NCBI GenBank assembly: GCA_051362555.1
Contig: CM120646.1
Coordinates: 7,812,001 to 7,876,000 of the forward strand
DNA length: 64,000 nucleotides
Direction of reading: 5' to 3'
DNA from: Lingula anatina
Taxonomy: Eukaryota; Animalia; Brachiopoda
Under the pieces are notes generated by a model, which was not told where the DNA came from, did not search any database, and saw only the letters and a program-made list of their open reading frames with translations. The number at the start of each line of letters is the position of its first letter. Within the stretch, counting starts at the first letter, position 1. Shown here in pieces: positions 12,601 through 25,404 of the stretch. Position numbers and translations under genes: made by a program.

Positions 12601-13001
12601 CGGTCGGTTACCAAAGCCCCCACCCCGCCCACCCCTTCAACCAACAGGTACTGAGTACTGTACACCTCAGTTTGTGTTCCGCAGTGCTCTTGGTTTAATT
12701 ACATGTTGTTGTAGTTGGAAACACTGCAAATGTGATATAAGAGAAATACAAAACAGACTATAAATGAATAAATTAATATGTAACCAAGTATATTCCCTGA
12801 AAAATAATTAGCGTCACCTAAACTGACTAAGATTCTTTGCATTACAGCTGGAAAGGTTGTGGTGGAATGTATACCTGTATGATCTTCCGATTGGATTTGC
12901 CAGATAAAGCGTGAGAATTGACTTAAACTTTATGGTTGGCTTGAAAAGTTTTTATCATATTTTGAAGCAAACGAAAACAATTTACTCCGAACTGCACCTA
13001 C

Positions 13002-13037
13002 CTCCTGTAGATTTTGCAGGTTTGTTAGCTGAGAGAG
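13002..13037 (-). CDS. Gene 4 stalk micro-exon 2 (ALSANKPAKSTG), 36 bp
   Basis: tttttcag| ... G|gtaggt, phase 1-1, homologous to 62589-62630. Confidence 0.7.
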
Positions 13038-13689
13038 CTGAAAAAACATAAAGAGGCACTTATTATTCAATCGATTACTTGCCGAGAGAAAACTTATTAT
13101 AATCCTTGCATCATTGGGGGCTTGTCGATCCCCTTGCAAAGAAAAATAATGCAGAAATGTGGAGCAATAAAATAAAATATGAACGAGTGAGTGTTGGAGT
13201 ATATTTTTGGCATCGGAACTCTCATAGATCAATGTGACTATATTATTTTAAATATTGCCAACTTTTAAGAGTTGCAAGGCTTTTTGGTTCACTTTTTGAA
13301 GGATATTTACATTTAAAGCTTAATGTTTAAGGCACTCTATTCGGCGTTTACTCACCAGTTATTTAGAAAGCTATGTCATCTTGTATATATATCAAAAATA
13401 ACAACCGACGTCAGGCACTTATATTTCAGGGGTTTTTATATAGTTCTTAACGTAACTATTAGACTTTGGATTATTTCAAAACTGTACATTTTATTTTACT
13501 TTTAATTCTACGCCCCAAGTAGATAAACATTTAATAAATGTACGGATGTGCATTCCATGTAAATAGGTAAAACAGGATAAGGCATGAGAAATGAATGGGG
13601 GACTTAATACGTCCATTCTTTTTTATCAGGACAAATAGTTTTAAAATGAAGCAATTAAGAAAAATAAATGCATCATAAATTGTACCTAC

Positions 13690-13731
13690 CTGCATCATTA
13701 GTTGATTTCATAGTAGTGGTAGTTGAAGGAG
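13690..13731 (-). CDS. Gene 4 stalk micro-exon 1 (APSTTTTMKSTNDA), 42 bp
   Basis: ctttttag| ... G|gtaggt, phase 1-1, same length and composition as the other stalk exons. Confidence 0.8.
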
Positions 13732-14006
13732 CTAAAAAGGGAATTCAGTCACTTCTAAAGGTAAGAAATAATAATTGTACCTCATGTACATCCATGAGCC
13801 AAGAAGAATGATTAAGAAAAGCAGTAAAACGAGCACGTACAAGTATCGTGTTGAAATATGTTTTACTGAGTATGTTACAAACAAAGATATAAGCTCTTTG
13901 TGGTAATAAAGTTAAGACTTTTCCAGCACCTTATTTTTGGTCCGAAAGTAAATTGAAATGAACAAACTACCAATCCGAGTAAAATACACAAACCACATAT
14001 ACATAC

Positions 14007-14318
14007 CAGCACTCTCAGGCACTATAACACTTGTCTTGCTCTGACTTGTCATTGAATCGTGCAATATTTGGCAAATTACTTCAACTGGATCTGCTTGGGT
14101 TGCTATCACTTCTACTTCACTTTCGACCAGAAAAGTGTCTCCCTGGGGTGTCACCGTGTTCGAGTTTGCATTTATCGCCACCTGCATCTGATCAGAAGTT
14201 TGCATTTTAAACCATTTTATCTCAGGTGCTGGTCTGCCGCCATCAGAGGAACAAGATACCCGGTAGGTGCCCGTAGCGACTTCAGGTCCTCGTGTAATCT
14301 GGGGTGGGGTTGGTCGAT
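14007..14318 (-). CDS. Gene 4 C2-type Ig exon (CD80/nectin-like), 312 bp
   Basis: tttgtag|AT ... G|gtatgt. Motif YRVSCSSDGGRPAPEIKWFK...VICQILHDSM with the Cys-Trp-Cys core. Confidence 0.9.
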
Positions 14319-15110
14319 CTACAAAGTAGTAAAATTTTAAGTTACATATGAAATCAAATCTTTGCCACTTAACCAAACCAAATGAAATCATATGGTTTCA
14401 AAAACATAGCTATAACAAATGTTTTCGTCGAATACATTCAGAATATGATATTTAAGGAAGTATGTTCTACTTTCTATTTGTGCTACAGTATATATAACCC
14501 TTTGTTGTTTCCATCAATAATCATTTGAATATTAATGTAATTGATCGTGCAAAAATAATGCGCTACACATTATTACTTTATTTGGTGGACTTTTACGAAC
14601 CGGAGTCACGGATAAACAGAGTAAGTTTACGACCAGAATATTTTAGAAAATGCAGTTATAAAGTTTTTCTTTGGCTGACCAAGTGATTGATTAAGTTTAT
14701 CCTTTGTCGACTCTCTTTGAATCATATAAGAAACTAGTCGAAATTGTTAATATGCGTTATAGGGAACATACGCTTGTTTCATACATGTATGTAACTTAAA
14801 CATAATACAACAGACGGTGCACCTAAAACATTCAAGAAGGATGAGAGTTATGCCGACATTTTGTATGAGTCTTTAAGATGACCCATTCATACAATTGACA
14901 GATGTATATGACTACTGGTGAAATAGAAGTGACAACTCCTAGTAGGAGGCGCAGGTAATCATAGTCTATCAAGGTCTAATGTACAGCCTATAATGGAAAA
15001 GGCTATTTCAATTCCAAATTTTTAGAATGTTGGTCCATGCCTACATTTGTACTTAAATAGTAATGACTTCCTCCCTTTCTTCTAAATTATGATCAACTTT
15101 CATTACTTAC

Positions 15111-15485
15111 AGAGTAAACTAAGGATTTGCTCGTCAGTTGTCACGATGGCTCTATTGAATTCAGTGGTAACACGACATGTATAGCGCCCCTCATCTGCCA
15201 TGGTGACTCCACTGATAGTTAACGTGTATGATGGATCAGAGGCTGTAGCAGTCACATCAGCTCTAGTGAAATAGCTGTTGAATTTCCTGGGAGTTCCATC
15301 AGATACCTGTATAACTACTATTTGGTTTGCTGGGTCAGTTCCATCTTTGAAGAATGTGACATACTGAGCCGTCTCTCCGGGATCCACTGTGTAACTGCAC
15401 ACAAGGTTTAGTGGTTGTGGGTTGCCGCCCTCAGGATTCATGACGTATCCATTGACAGGCAAACCAGCTAATGTTACTTCTAACC
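15111..15485 (-). CDS. Gene 4 V-set Ig exon, 375 bp
   Basis: tttttag|GG ... T|gtaagt. LVCSY...FFKDG...YTLTISGVTMADEGRYTC (DxGxYxC motif). Splicing to the C2 exon gives the typical ...LL-Y-RP junction. Confidence 0.9.
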
Positions 15486-16022
15486 CTAAAAAGTGCAAAT
15501 CATTCATTTAATCGCCTAATGTAGTCTCTCCACCTATATTATCAGAAAATAGGAGAGATAAAAATGTAATCTGTGGAAGCATTTTAGCTTGGGACGATTA
15601 ACAAGAATCACCGCGTATCATTTGTGTTCTTGTTTGAACGGAGACAGTTAATGAACTGTCATGACTATAGTTTAGGAACTTTATCAAGGTTGGACCAGTA
15701 AAATGAGGTCATGTCCGCTAATCTTATAATCGGCTATGGCAACCCTCTCAAGGGCTAAGCATTTATACTTTGAAATTATTATGGAACCCCTCGCTGCCAA
15801 AATGATATTTTACTGCATACCTCTTGCAGAGTAATTATCAAAAGAGTTATAATGTTCATTTTTTTTTTTCGATGAAGAATATACCCTTCTGATGATACAT
15901 CGAGTCGTGGGACTTGGGGAGGGCGCATAACACGGTATCTATGGCCTAGGATAAGCTGAAATTATTTCAAGATGGCTTAAATACCTTGAAGCACCGTAAA
16001 GTGCAACATTTTTACATCCTAC

Positions 16023-16083
16023 CTTTAGTTGAATATGGAGCTGCACAGAGAAGCACATAAACATAAAAACACCACGTCTTCAT
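16023..16083 (-). CDS. Gene 4 signal-peptide exon (MKTWCFYVYVLLCAAPYSTK-G), 61 bp
   Basis: ATG at 16083, phase-1 donor G|gtagga, in-frame 6 bp duplication relative to the other leaders. Confidence 0.85.
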
Positions 16084-17239
16084 GGTCCTCCTTAGTGTTG
16101 CCTTTCGCCGTAAGTTTCTCAATCAACAGCAGATACTTCCTTGGGTTTTTTATTATGAGCGAAAATAACTTCCCTATGCTACCTGGTAAACAAAAGATCA
16201 CCAAAGTGCAACTAACACAATAAACCGCTTTCAGAAACAAGGCCCACAGTGCGTTTTAGCACAACTGCATCGAAAGTCAATTCTGTTACAATGCAACCTC
16301 TGTAAAAGGTTAATTTTCCTATTTCCACAAGATACTAAAAATTAATGGTAGTAAAGTAACAAACCTCTTGGCTGAAAAATGCAGCACTTCAGGCCCCCCA
16401 GCAGTCGCCCAAGGACGCCCAAACAACGCTCATTAGTCTAGCAAAAGGCAAAATGATCGTAAAATGGTCACCTCTGATCGCCGGTGAAGTTACAGAAAAC
16501 GCAACATGTTTGCTCAACGGTCGTTTAATCATCGCAATGGACGCCGTGGGTGGCACAGTGGATGCACAGGGGAGGCAAGCAAGTCAGTCAGTGGACGCAC
16601 AGCTCAATGGCAGTGTTACTTGAAATCCAGACTTGGTCGTTGAAAAGACACATAAGGATCGCAGACGCATTTACACTGAGACACTATTTTCTATCTTTGG
16701 CGATCATTGAGAGTCGTGACCACATCTGTGGTCGTAGAGGGTCGCAGAAGGCACGGAGCCCAGTGATAGGGGGCTGAAATGATTTACACTGCTTTTTGTC
16801 GTGCTATTACTCTATAGCACATATATGTTTTATCAAGGCACATTTATTTTTCAATGTCACATCTGGGTACTGGTAATCATTGTCGCACAGAGTAACTGCC
16901 AATGGTAGCATGGACATAAATGTTTACAAGGGGTTTAATCTTTAAATGTAAAATTGTTAAAACAATAAATACGCACATAAAAACTGGTGACACAAATTCT
17001 AATGTAACAAATTGAAAAGCTATATAAGGGTATCATTTCCAACAATTCGTGATATGCACAACCACTTGATCATGTATTTGACAACTTTACGTCGAGTCAA
17101 ATAGCACATGCAAAAGTGCATCAAAATCTAGTTAAATGCGAGTCATAGTTTCGAACGAATTCCATCGTTATCTCTTGAATTCCAATGTTATCCCTTGAAT
17201 TTAAGGTGTTCTCAACATAGAATCACTGATGTACAGGGT

Positions 17240-17530
17240 AGTATATAGAGTTTTGATAGCACCTAAAAATCTAAGGGAAGGTATTGGGGCACTAAATGGC
17301 AGATCAACATTTGGAGACTTCTTCCCCTCTTGATATCCTATATCCTCCGGCAGTACCGAATGTGAAAGAAAAAGCAAATAAAATCATAAAGACGAGATAT
17401 TTTTCGTTTTGGTTCTTTCTGTCTTTTGTGCCATTTTTTTTCTCATTCACAGGTACATATGATGTGTTTTATTATATATTTAGTATTAGCTTTTTTAATG
17501 TAAGAGCTTGTTCTATTACTCTCAAGCAAA
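17240..17530. repeat. Duplicated intron segment homologous to about 52845-53140
   Basis: aaatggcagatcaacattt(g/t)gagacttcttcccctc shared. Both copies lie just 3' of a V exon beginning LEAT. Confidence 0.75.
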
Positions 17531-17944
17531 AACATGTGTATAGGCAGTTTACTAGCGTTATTTTTTCAGCCCCCTCCCCCCAGAATAATAATGAAGACGA
17601 GTTAAAATTTTCCATGTTATATTTGTAAAAAAAGAGTCTTTTACAATACACATTTCATTCCTCCACCAAACATTTCAAAGTTAGTTTTACTTACATACTA
17701 ATCTGAGTGTTTGCGCCGGAGAAATTGAAAGAGGGGTATTGAGTATGGTGGAAGCTGTGCAGTTATAGGTCCCTTCATCTACCAACGTGATTGTGCTAAT
17801 TTCCACCATGTATAATGGATCAGACACTGTAACAGTCACGTCAGTTCTACCGGCAAAAGCGTTCTGCAGATGGAAACTGCCGCCCGATATCACTATTCTC
17901 ACTATTCGGTTTGCAGCGATCGTTCCATCATTTATGCCCCTATG

Positions 17945-19044
17945 GCCCCTATTTCACACAGACCACGAATCCCACGAATCGTCAGGAATTGACAAATTTT
18001 AGGATTCGTGAGGATTCGTGAGATTTTGCCAATTTTCTGGTCTAATTGGACACGCTCACGATTCATTTACGATACAGGTACGATAGTGTTACGAATATTC
18101 TTGGGATTCGGATGAAATCGTGAGATTTTGCCAATGTTCTGGTCTAATTCGATACGCTCTACGATTCAGTTACGATACAGGTGCGATAGGGTTACGAATG
18201 TTCGTGAGATTCGGCTGGAATCGCACGAATATTGTCCAGAAATTCACTACGATTTTTTGGAATCGGGAGTTCGTGGCCAAAACTATGAACAGCTCAAAAT
18301 TTTTGCCACGAATTCCCGATTGATCAAGAATTGCAAGAACTTACTACGATTATATACGAATCTGTTAAGAACTTCACGAACTGATTACGATTCAACCACG
18401 AATCCGGAAATTTTCAATTCCTGGCAATTCGTGGGATTCGTGGTCTTTGTGATAAGGGGCATCAAAGTTTTTGCCACCCATTCCTGTTGGTCAAGAAGTG
18501 CAAGAACTGACTACGAATATATACGAATCTGTTAAGAATTTCACGAACTGATTACCATTCAACCACGAATCGTGAAATTTGTCAATTCATGCCCATTCGT
18601 GGGATTCGTGGTCTGTGTGAAATAGGGGCATTTTTCACACAGACCGCGAATCCGACGAATCGCCAGGAATTGACTAATTTCAGGGTTCGTGAGGATTCGT
18701 GAGATTTTGCCAATTTTCTGGTCTAATTCGACACGCTCTACGATTCAATTACGATACAGGTGCGATAGTGTTACGAATAATCGTGGAATTCGGCTGGAAT
18801 CGCACCAAGAATATTGTCAAAAAATTCACTAAGATTTTTTGGAATCGGGAGTTCGTGGCCAAAAATTTGAACAGCTTAAAATTTTTGCCACGAATTTCCG
18901 ATTGATCTAGAATTGCAAGAACTGACTACGATTATATACGAAACTGTTAAGAACTTCACGAACTGATTATGATTCAACCACGAATCCTGAAATGTGTCAA
19001 TTCCTGGCGATTCGTGGGATTCGTGGTCTGAGTGAAAAATCGGC
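17945..19044. mobile_element. Tandem/nested MITE array (two full palindromic copies plus a duplicated right end)
   Basis: TIR gcccctatttcacacagaccacgaatcccacgaat / attcgtgggattcgtggtctgtgtgaaataggggc. Inserted inside a V exon. Confidence 0.85.
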
Positions 19045-19111
19045 TTTCAATATTACAACTTAAAACACCGTATCTCCTGGATCCACTGTGTTACTGCACA
19101 CAAGATCCACT

Positions 19112-20263
19112 CATGGCCAGAAATGCGCAGCATTCACGCAATACGCGAGGGCGCTACAGTAGGGCTTCACCTGACTCAACTAGCCAATCACAGCACAACA
19201 ATGGCATCGCACACAGACTCTGTGATAAGTGCTCAGCCCATTGTCAAGTAGTGTTAGTTCATGGTAACAAGCGTCTGACATGTGCAGAGAAGTTTATTGT
19301 AATATATATTGTTCTTATTGTTACTTATTAAATCTAACTCTGTATCCAAGTAGCAACTATACTGTACCAAGTCAGGTACTGATGATGTGCAGAGGTCATA
19401 TATTCCAGAATAAGCCATTACCACTAATTTATAACTTTAATTTTGTTTAATATGTTATTCATGAAAGAGTTCATGAAATATTATTTTAATTTGTTAAATC
19501 GTGATCTTATTCTTTTTATATTCAAATAATTGAATAATGTGGGTAAAATTGGTCTTCCACTTCTTATTTGCATTTTCCTTTACAACAAGATTATTTTGGA
19601 ACAGTTGCAGCATTAAAATTTAAAATAAATAGCAATCTGAAAGAAAAATTTTGCATTATTATCAAATGATGATAGCAATTTTGGATTAGGAGATTAGTTA
19701 AATACTGAGTAGTGACATTGTCAGTCAATTATGTAGAATCTGATAATATGATTGAAAATACTGATTGAATTCTTGGCCTTGCACTGGGCAGTTTCACATT
19801 TGTGCCAAGTGCTTTTTTTTTGGACCCCATTGTACAGTGGTAAAAGTTCTTCAATTGCCATGAAAGTTTTTAATCAGACTCTGTATGGTGCTGCTATTTG
19901 CTGGTGCTATCGGCAACGAATTAGTTTGCCTTTGTTTCTGAGTGAATCTACCGTCTAAAATCACTATTTCTGAAAATAGGTGCGTTTTGCTGAGGGTAGG
20001 CTAGGCAATACACGGCAAACTTCTTAGTACGTGTGTACAACAGAATTTTTTTAAAAACCCTAGCGATATTTGGTCAGGATTTGCTTGAAGTATAGCACAG
20101 CATTGCTTGTCTATCGGCATCAGGCCGTTAGTGTGTCAATTATCACGAATTACCCACGAATCGCGAACCTAGTCATTTTCCTATGGCAATTTCGCAACTC
20201 ATTAAAAGTGCACGCATGCGCAGTGGGCTTAGCGTGACGTCATGTAGTGCATTTCTGGGGATG
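19112..20263. mobile_element. About 1.15 kb insertion with short TIRs inside the V pseudo-exon
   Basis: Ends catggccagaaatgc / gcatttctggggatg. Removing it restores tccact|gttggtg as in intact V exons. No TSD seen. Confidence 0.7.
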
Positions 20264-20969
20264 GTTGGTGAGATGCCGCTCTCATGATTTATGACCAACC
20301 CACTGGGAGGTAAATCAGTTGATGTAGCCTCTAAACCTATATTATAAGAACAAAGAATAAATATAAAGAATTACATTTAAAATTTCTGGGAAATGTTTGT
20401 CAATAAATCCTTCAATTATCAATTTGTTTTCCGAAGTGTTAATTTCAGTGTTGAGTGTCACAATGTGATGTGATGTTATGTAATGTGATGCAATCGGTTT
20501 ATATTGTAAAATGCCAATTCCCTCATTTGTGGTCGTGTCTTGTATTGACAGGCTTTGATCTGTAGACTACATAACTGCTTAGTTTAAAAATAGTTCATGA
20601 AGTTTACACTTGTACGTGCAGAAAGGTAAATAAGTTCGTGTTCTTTTATCGGCTCATCATTCAACTTTTATCGGGTGCTAAGTACCCTTACAACGCGGGA
20701 TGTAGTTTTGTAATCCTTCGCAATAACAACATGTAGCATCATGATTATTAAGAGAGTTATAAAGTTTTTCGTATTGCTGATGCAGAATTTATCATCAGTT
20801 TGGTTACAGATGGCGTATGTAGTCTCTTTTGTTCTTCATCTTTTGAAAAACTGTCTTACTTGAGAGGTCTATGGAGGCGATCCTCTGTTTGTTTATACAA
20901 AAATTAAGTCGAAAAATCTTCAAGTGATTAAATTATTTTAAAACACACAACGACACGTTTCTTTTCTAC

Positions 20970-21022
20970 CTTCAGTTGGATATAGAGTTACAAGGAGCAG
21001 CACGTAAACACGTCACGTCTAA
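20970..21022 (-). pseudogene. Dead leader exon of gene 3
   Basis: ...VYVLLLVTLYPTE-G|gtagaa is retained, but the 5' end has stop codons and no ATG. Confidence 0.65.
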
Positions 21023-21719
21023 GTACCTTAGTACCTCAATAAGCTGCAGTTACTTATTTGGATTTTTATTGATAACTAAAAATAACATCCCCGTTGCTGC
21101 ACGATAATCGACAAAGTACAACTAACACAATTAACCTGCAGTACACAGAACGTAATGCTGGAAAATTACAATATCGGTTTATTTCTGTACTTGAGGGCTG
21201 ATCATTGCTATTCTATTTTCCGAAACATATTAAGAAAGGGCAAGTAATATTGAAACATAATAAATAGAAAAAATTCACAACTTCATAAGACAGCTCAACC
21301 CAGTCCTGGGTGTGAAGTCTAATATTGAATCAAATGCTTTGCATTACGGTGTATTTTAGCACAATTGCATCTTAATTCAATCCTGTTTCAACACAACTCC
21401 TCTAAAAGGTTCACTGTCCTATTTCCACAGAAAGCTGAGAGTAGACTACATTTAAGAATACTCGTGAATGGGAAGTTATAGGCACAAAATATTAAGTGTG
21501 CACGGTGACCCGCCAACTGACTGAATGTTTCAATTAGTGGCACACATTGGATTTTGTTTTTGGCAACTACCACACTATACAGAGTCTCTATTAAGGCACA
21601 CTTTTCTCACAAAAGTGGTACCACATAAAAACAAATCCATCACAGTGGAACTGGGATCCTCTAATGCGAAAAGTAACTGTCAAGTGATTGCATGATGAAC
21701 GTAAATGTTTTATAAGCTG

Positions 21720-21915
21720 TGTAGCGGACCACGAGTAAAGAAGCAACACCGTTGGATAATACTGCAGTTTATTCACGCAGTGTGAACAGAACTGAACAGA
21801 ATCTGAACAGAAACTGAACAAATACTGAACAGAAACTGGACAAAACTGTTCACACTGCGTGAATAAACGGCAGTATTATCCAACGGTGTTGCTTCTTTAC
21901 TCGTGGTCCGCTACA
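21720..21915. mobile_element. Young palindromic MITE
   Basis: About 70 bp near-perfect inverted repeat tgtagcggaccacgagtaaagaagcaacaccgttggataatac... around a short tgaacagaa tandem core. Absent from the paralogous 3.1 kb segment. Confidence 0.85.
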
Positions 21916-23385
21916 GTGAAAAACTAGAACAATATCCAGACTCGCTTTCTCCGCTAGCAACTGGCTGCTCAGATACGGCCATAGAAATCTGAGCTGGTAC
22001 TCCACTCTGCCAGTGAGTATATAAATGACCGCGCAGAGTACATGCAACATCGGCTTTTATACAGTTGATCACATGACTAGATGAATATATGTTACTTAAT
22101 ATTGAACAGTGTTTTAGTTTCTTCTCTAACGCAATATAAATAAACATAAGAACAGCGTGGAAAATATAAAATAAAAATGATAACGTATATAATTTCTGCC
22201 GTGTCGGCAACAAGCGGTTTTATTAAAACAACAAATGCATACATGAAAACCTGTATCACAAAGTCTTGAGTAGAACATCAAGGGGCTTCAATTTGTAAAA
22301 TAACTACAAATCACTTTCTACAAATTCTAAATTTCACTCAAATAAAACATTTTAATGAATAAACAACAAGAAAATAAGCAAACAAAGGTGAATATCACTT
22401 TAACTTTCTAGCACTTTATAGTGCAGATCTAAATATCAAACTGCTTTCCAAATTAAAAACAGGTTGCCCTATACAATTATTCTTTTCTTACTCAAAAAGA
22501 TTTGGTTTCAGCTAGTACATAAAGATTAAAACAATTGGTTTAAATTAAGCTATATGTTACAAAACATTCGTGAAAATAAACCAATCTAGCTGTAAGTAAA
22601 AAAATGTTGACGCTTTAATCCTTCACATGTACGGATCAACATGCTTATACCTTACGGCAACATTGACCAACCTTTGGTAAAGACAACTGACAACTTAATT
22701 AATATAAGATTTAATTTCTTCAGATTTAGATCATTTAGCTTTTCGTCACCCTAAATATCTAAAATACAATTGTCGTCAAATCTGCAACATCCATTTACTC
22801 TTTATACATATATGGATAATCAAAATACAAAAGAAAAATAAGGTAAAACGCTAACAACCAAAGCATCAGCCAATGACTTCTGTCTTCAGAAACCAATTCT
22901 CCGTTTGAACAAATTTAGTAATACTACAGCTTTTTTCCAGTGCCATTATATAACAAGAACGAATCTAAGACAGTTTCTTACAGTGATATTGAAGTAACGC
23001 ATAGTCACAGTAGTAACATTTTCTTCTGTTTTAGGTATTTCATTATAATGTACAAACGCAATACAAGTCATGGAATGTAAAAAATCCATCATAGCGCCAC
23101 ATACACAGAGACACACAGACACAAACAATCTCACACTGACAAATTTCATCTCCGAATTTCTTGTAATTTATATATTCGAATGATAATATTTGTTATTGTT
23201 ATTTTTAATTTTCATGGGATCATATTAAAAAGTTTTTTACATATATTCACACAGATCTAGATTGCCCATTTGAATTGAGGCTGAATTTCCTTTTGTTCTC
23301 CCCAACAGACCTTTGTGTTTCTATTACATTGTTTGGTTTCTGGAACTAAATGCGTCAATCTAATATAAAAAACAGTTGTTGAAGC

Positions 23386-23387
<2 letters not shown>

Positions 23388-23420
<33 letters not shown>
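23388..23420. repeat. (AAT)n microsatellite
   Basis: Direct reading. Confidence 0.9.
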
Positions 23421-24896
23421 TTTATGTGTAGTCTAAAATCCATATAAAATGTTCAGTAGACTTTACATGGGTAAAATGAACAGAATCAGATGACTTAAAT
23501 AAATGAAAAGGTAGTTAAAATAATAAGATATAAACTAAAGAGTTAAACTAAAATGCAATTGAATTGATAAGATATAAAAAATAAACTGTACAGTGTAAAA
23601 GATAACAGCCAGTCAAATCAATTATAAAACTTTTTGAAGATATAAGTTTTTAATTTTTTTTTTTAAATCGTCCTCAGACTCTATTGTTTTTAAATAAAGG
23701 ATATGTGCAATTTTATTTTTAATTGGTTTGCTAATACGAACATGATGTATATATTTTTTCTAAATTTAAACAATTAACATGCTCATTTCAAAGGGTCTTT
23801 AGACAAAAAAACTACCCTTTTTTTCTTTTGCAATTTCCATACAGTAAAATAAAGTGTCTAAATGGAGACATTTTTCTCGTCTTTCCGACAGTCCCCTATC
23901 ACCAATTTCAGAATTTCACAGATTATGTAATTTATTGCCTTCCGAAATAAATGTCAAATAATTACATGGGGGCATAAGTCATTCTTACAAAATTGGTTGT
24001 ATTCATCAACAAATGTTTATACACATATCTGGTGACACACAAAGTCTTATTAAAAAGACAATTATGCTCTTGTCATACATCTAATTGTTATTTTAAATCC
24101 TTTGTCTTGACATGTTGATTATGTACGTAATATGTGCATCAAAATGGAACATCCATGTTTGCCATATCTAGCTGACAATTGCGAAAGTTTTCTCTAAAAA
24201 CTAGCATCTTTAACAGGCAATCCGTTCATTAGCCAAAGGAATACAGGGACACTCCTCAACCTTGTTATAAAAAGCAACAAATCTAAGATTGGTTCCAATT
24301 CACAGCAACATCGGACAATGCAGTAACTATGAAAAAATATCCCTTCATCTCAAATGCATCGCACACCATGCAATATAAAAACTGAGAGAGCGTTTGTTTT
24401 AGATTCCTACAAGCCGTAATAGAAAGCATTGACATTTGGTGTCCTAATATCCTTTAGGGTATTAATCCATTCGTATTTTTAATGGTTATCTATAATCCTT
24501 TATGTCAATGTTACCTGCAATCGAAAATAGGTTATAAAGGTCGTTATTTGATTAATAAAAAAGATATAAGTTGATGCATTAATTACAATGTGACACTCTA
24601 ACAGTACCATTTCAAACTCAACTATTAATCCAAAAATCTGTGGTAGTTTCATCAGTTTTCATATGAAATTAAATAAATTGAGGTAAAGTTTAAAATATTC
24701 TTCAAAATGATAACAAAGCACTTAAATTCTATTTTATCAACCATGTATCCAAGTCATTTTGTAAATGAATATATTTTTTTTTTTTTGGGGGGGGGGGGTT
24801 CTTTCATTTGCAAATGACTTGTGATGAGAAAAGTATGTTTCCCGTTTCCCTATTAATATGAATCCAGGCTTACCTTAACCGTTTGTTAAATTCTCC

Positions 24897-24940
24897 TCAC
24901 AGTAAAATCTTCATCAACGACGATGCTGCAAGTGCTACAA
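24897..24940 (-). CDS. Gene 2 last coding exon: hydrophobic tail of a putative GPI signal (IVALAASSLMKILL-stop)
   Basis: ttgcattttag|TT, phase 1, TGA at 24897-24899. The exon continues to the donor aag|gtaagc at 24874, and a candidate 3'UTR acceptor ttttcgattgcag| lies at 24514. Confidence 0.7.
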
Positions 24941-25404
24941 CTAAAATGCAAAGATAGGTGATGTTTAGGATTTACTGTGGTCTGATAGCCATTTTAGTGA
25001 TAAGTCAAACGATCTACATGTATGCCGTAAGCCCATTTTTCCTTATGTTCTTCATGATCAATGGCTTATTATAAATTGGTATTTTAATTGCGTTTTGAAC
25101 TAAACAAAGTAATTGCCCGGAAATCAGGAAGCTATCTTAAACCCCTCGGAAGATCAGGGAGTTTCCTGGGCTTCACATGACCAAGGCAACGTTCATAGAT
25201 GGTGAATCGAAACATTATTACAATATTGTCATTTATTAATAGTTCTCTAAGTAAAGAATACTCCTGTTGTACCACCCAATCATGAGATAATAAGAAACCT
25301 ATTTCATAATATTCTGGCCTTTACGTATCATTTAACCAGAGAGAGGTAGAGAGAGAGAGAAAGGGAGGAGAGAAGGAGAGGCTAGATGAGGAGTTTAATC
25401 TTAC

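Larger units (their letters stand above)
17695..20336 (-). pseudogene. V exon of gene 3 split into three pieces (20264-20336, about 19045-19111, 17695-about 17930) by two insertions
   Basis: Pieces read LEATSTDLPPSGLVINHESGISP / VDLVCSNTVDPGDT / DGTIAANRIVRIVISGG...DEGTYNC...LV|gtaagt. Acceptor and donor are intact. No C2 exon follows. Confidence 0.85.

Noticed and set aside
14059-14340. Plus-strand ORFs overlapping Ig or TM exons (also 12001-12216, 30133-30315, 36714-36947, 61055-61288)
   Set aside because: Antisense shadows of the minus-strand coding exons.
13912-14391. ORF-track N- and C-terminal extensions of the Ig ORFs (e.g. MSCFFVSF..., ...GMYK, ...LVCK)
   Set aside because: These are polypyrimidine tracts and donor sites read through in frame. 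True exon limits are set by the conserved AG/GT giving uniform 312 and 375 bp exons.
18120-18905. Plus-strand ORFs of 67-135 aa
   Set aside because: They lie entirely within the palindromic MITE array and have no protein motif.
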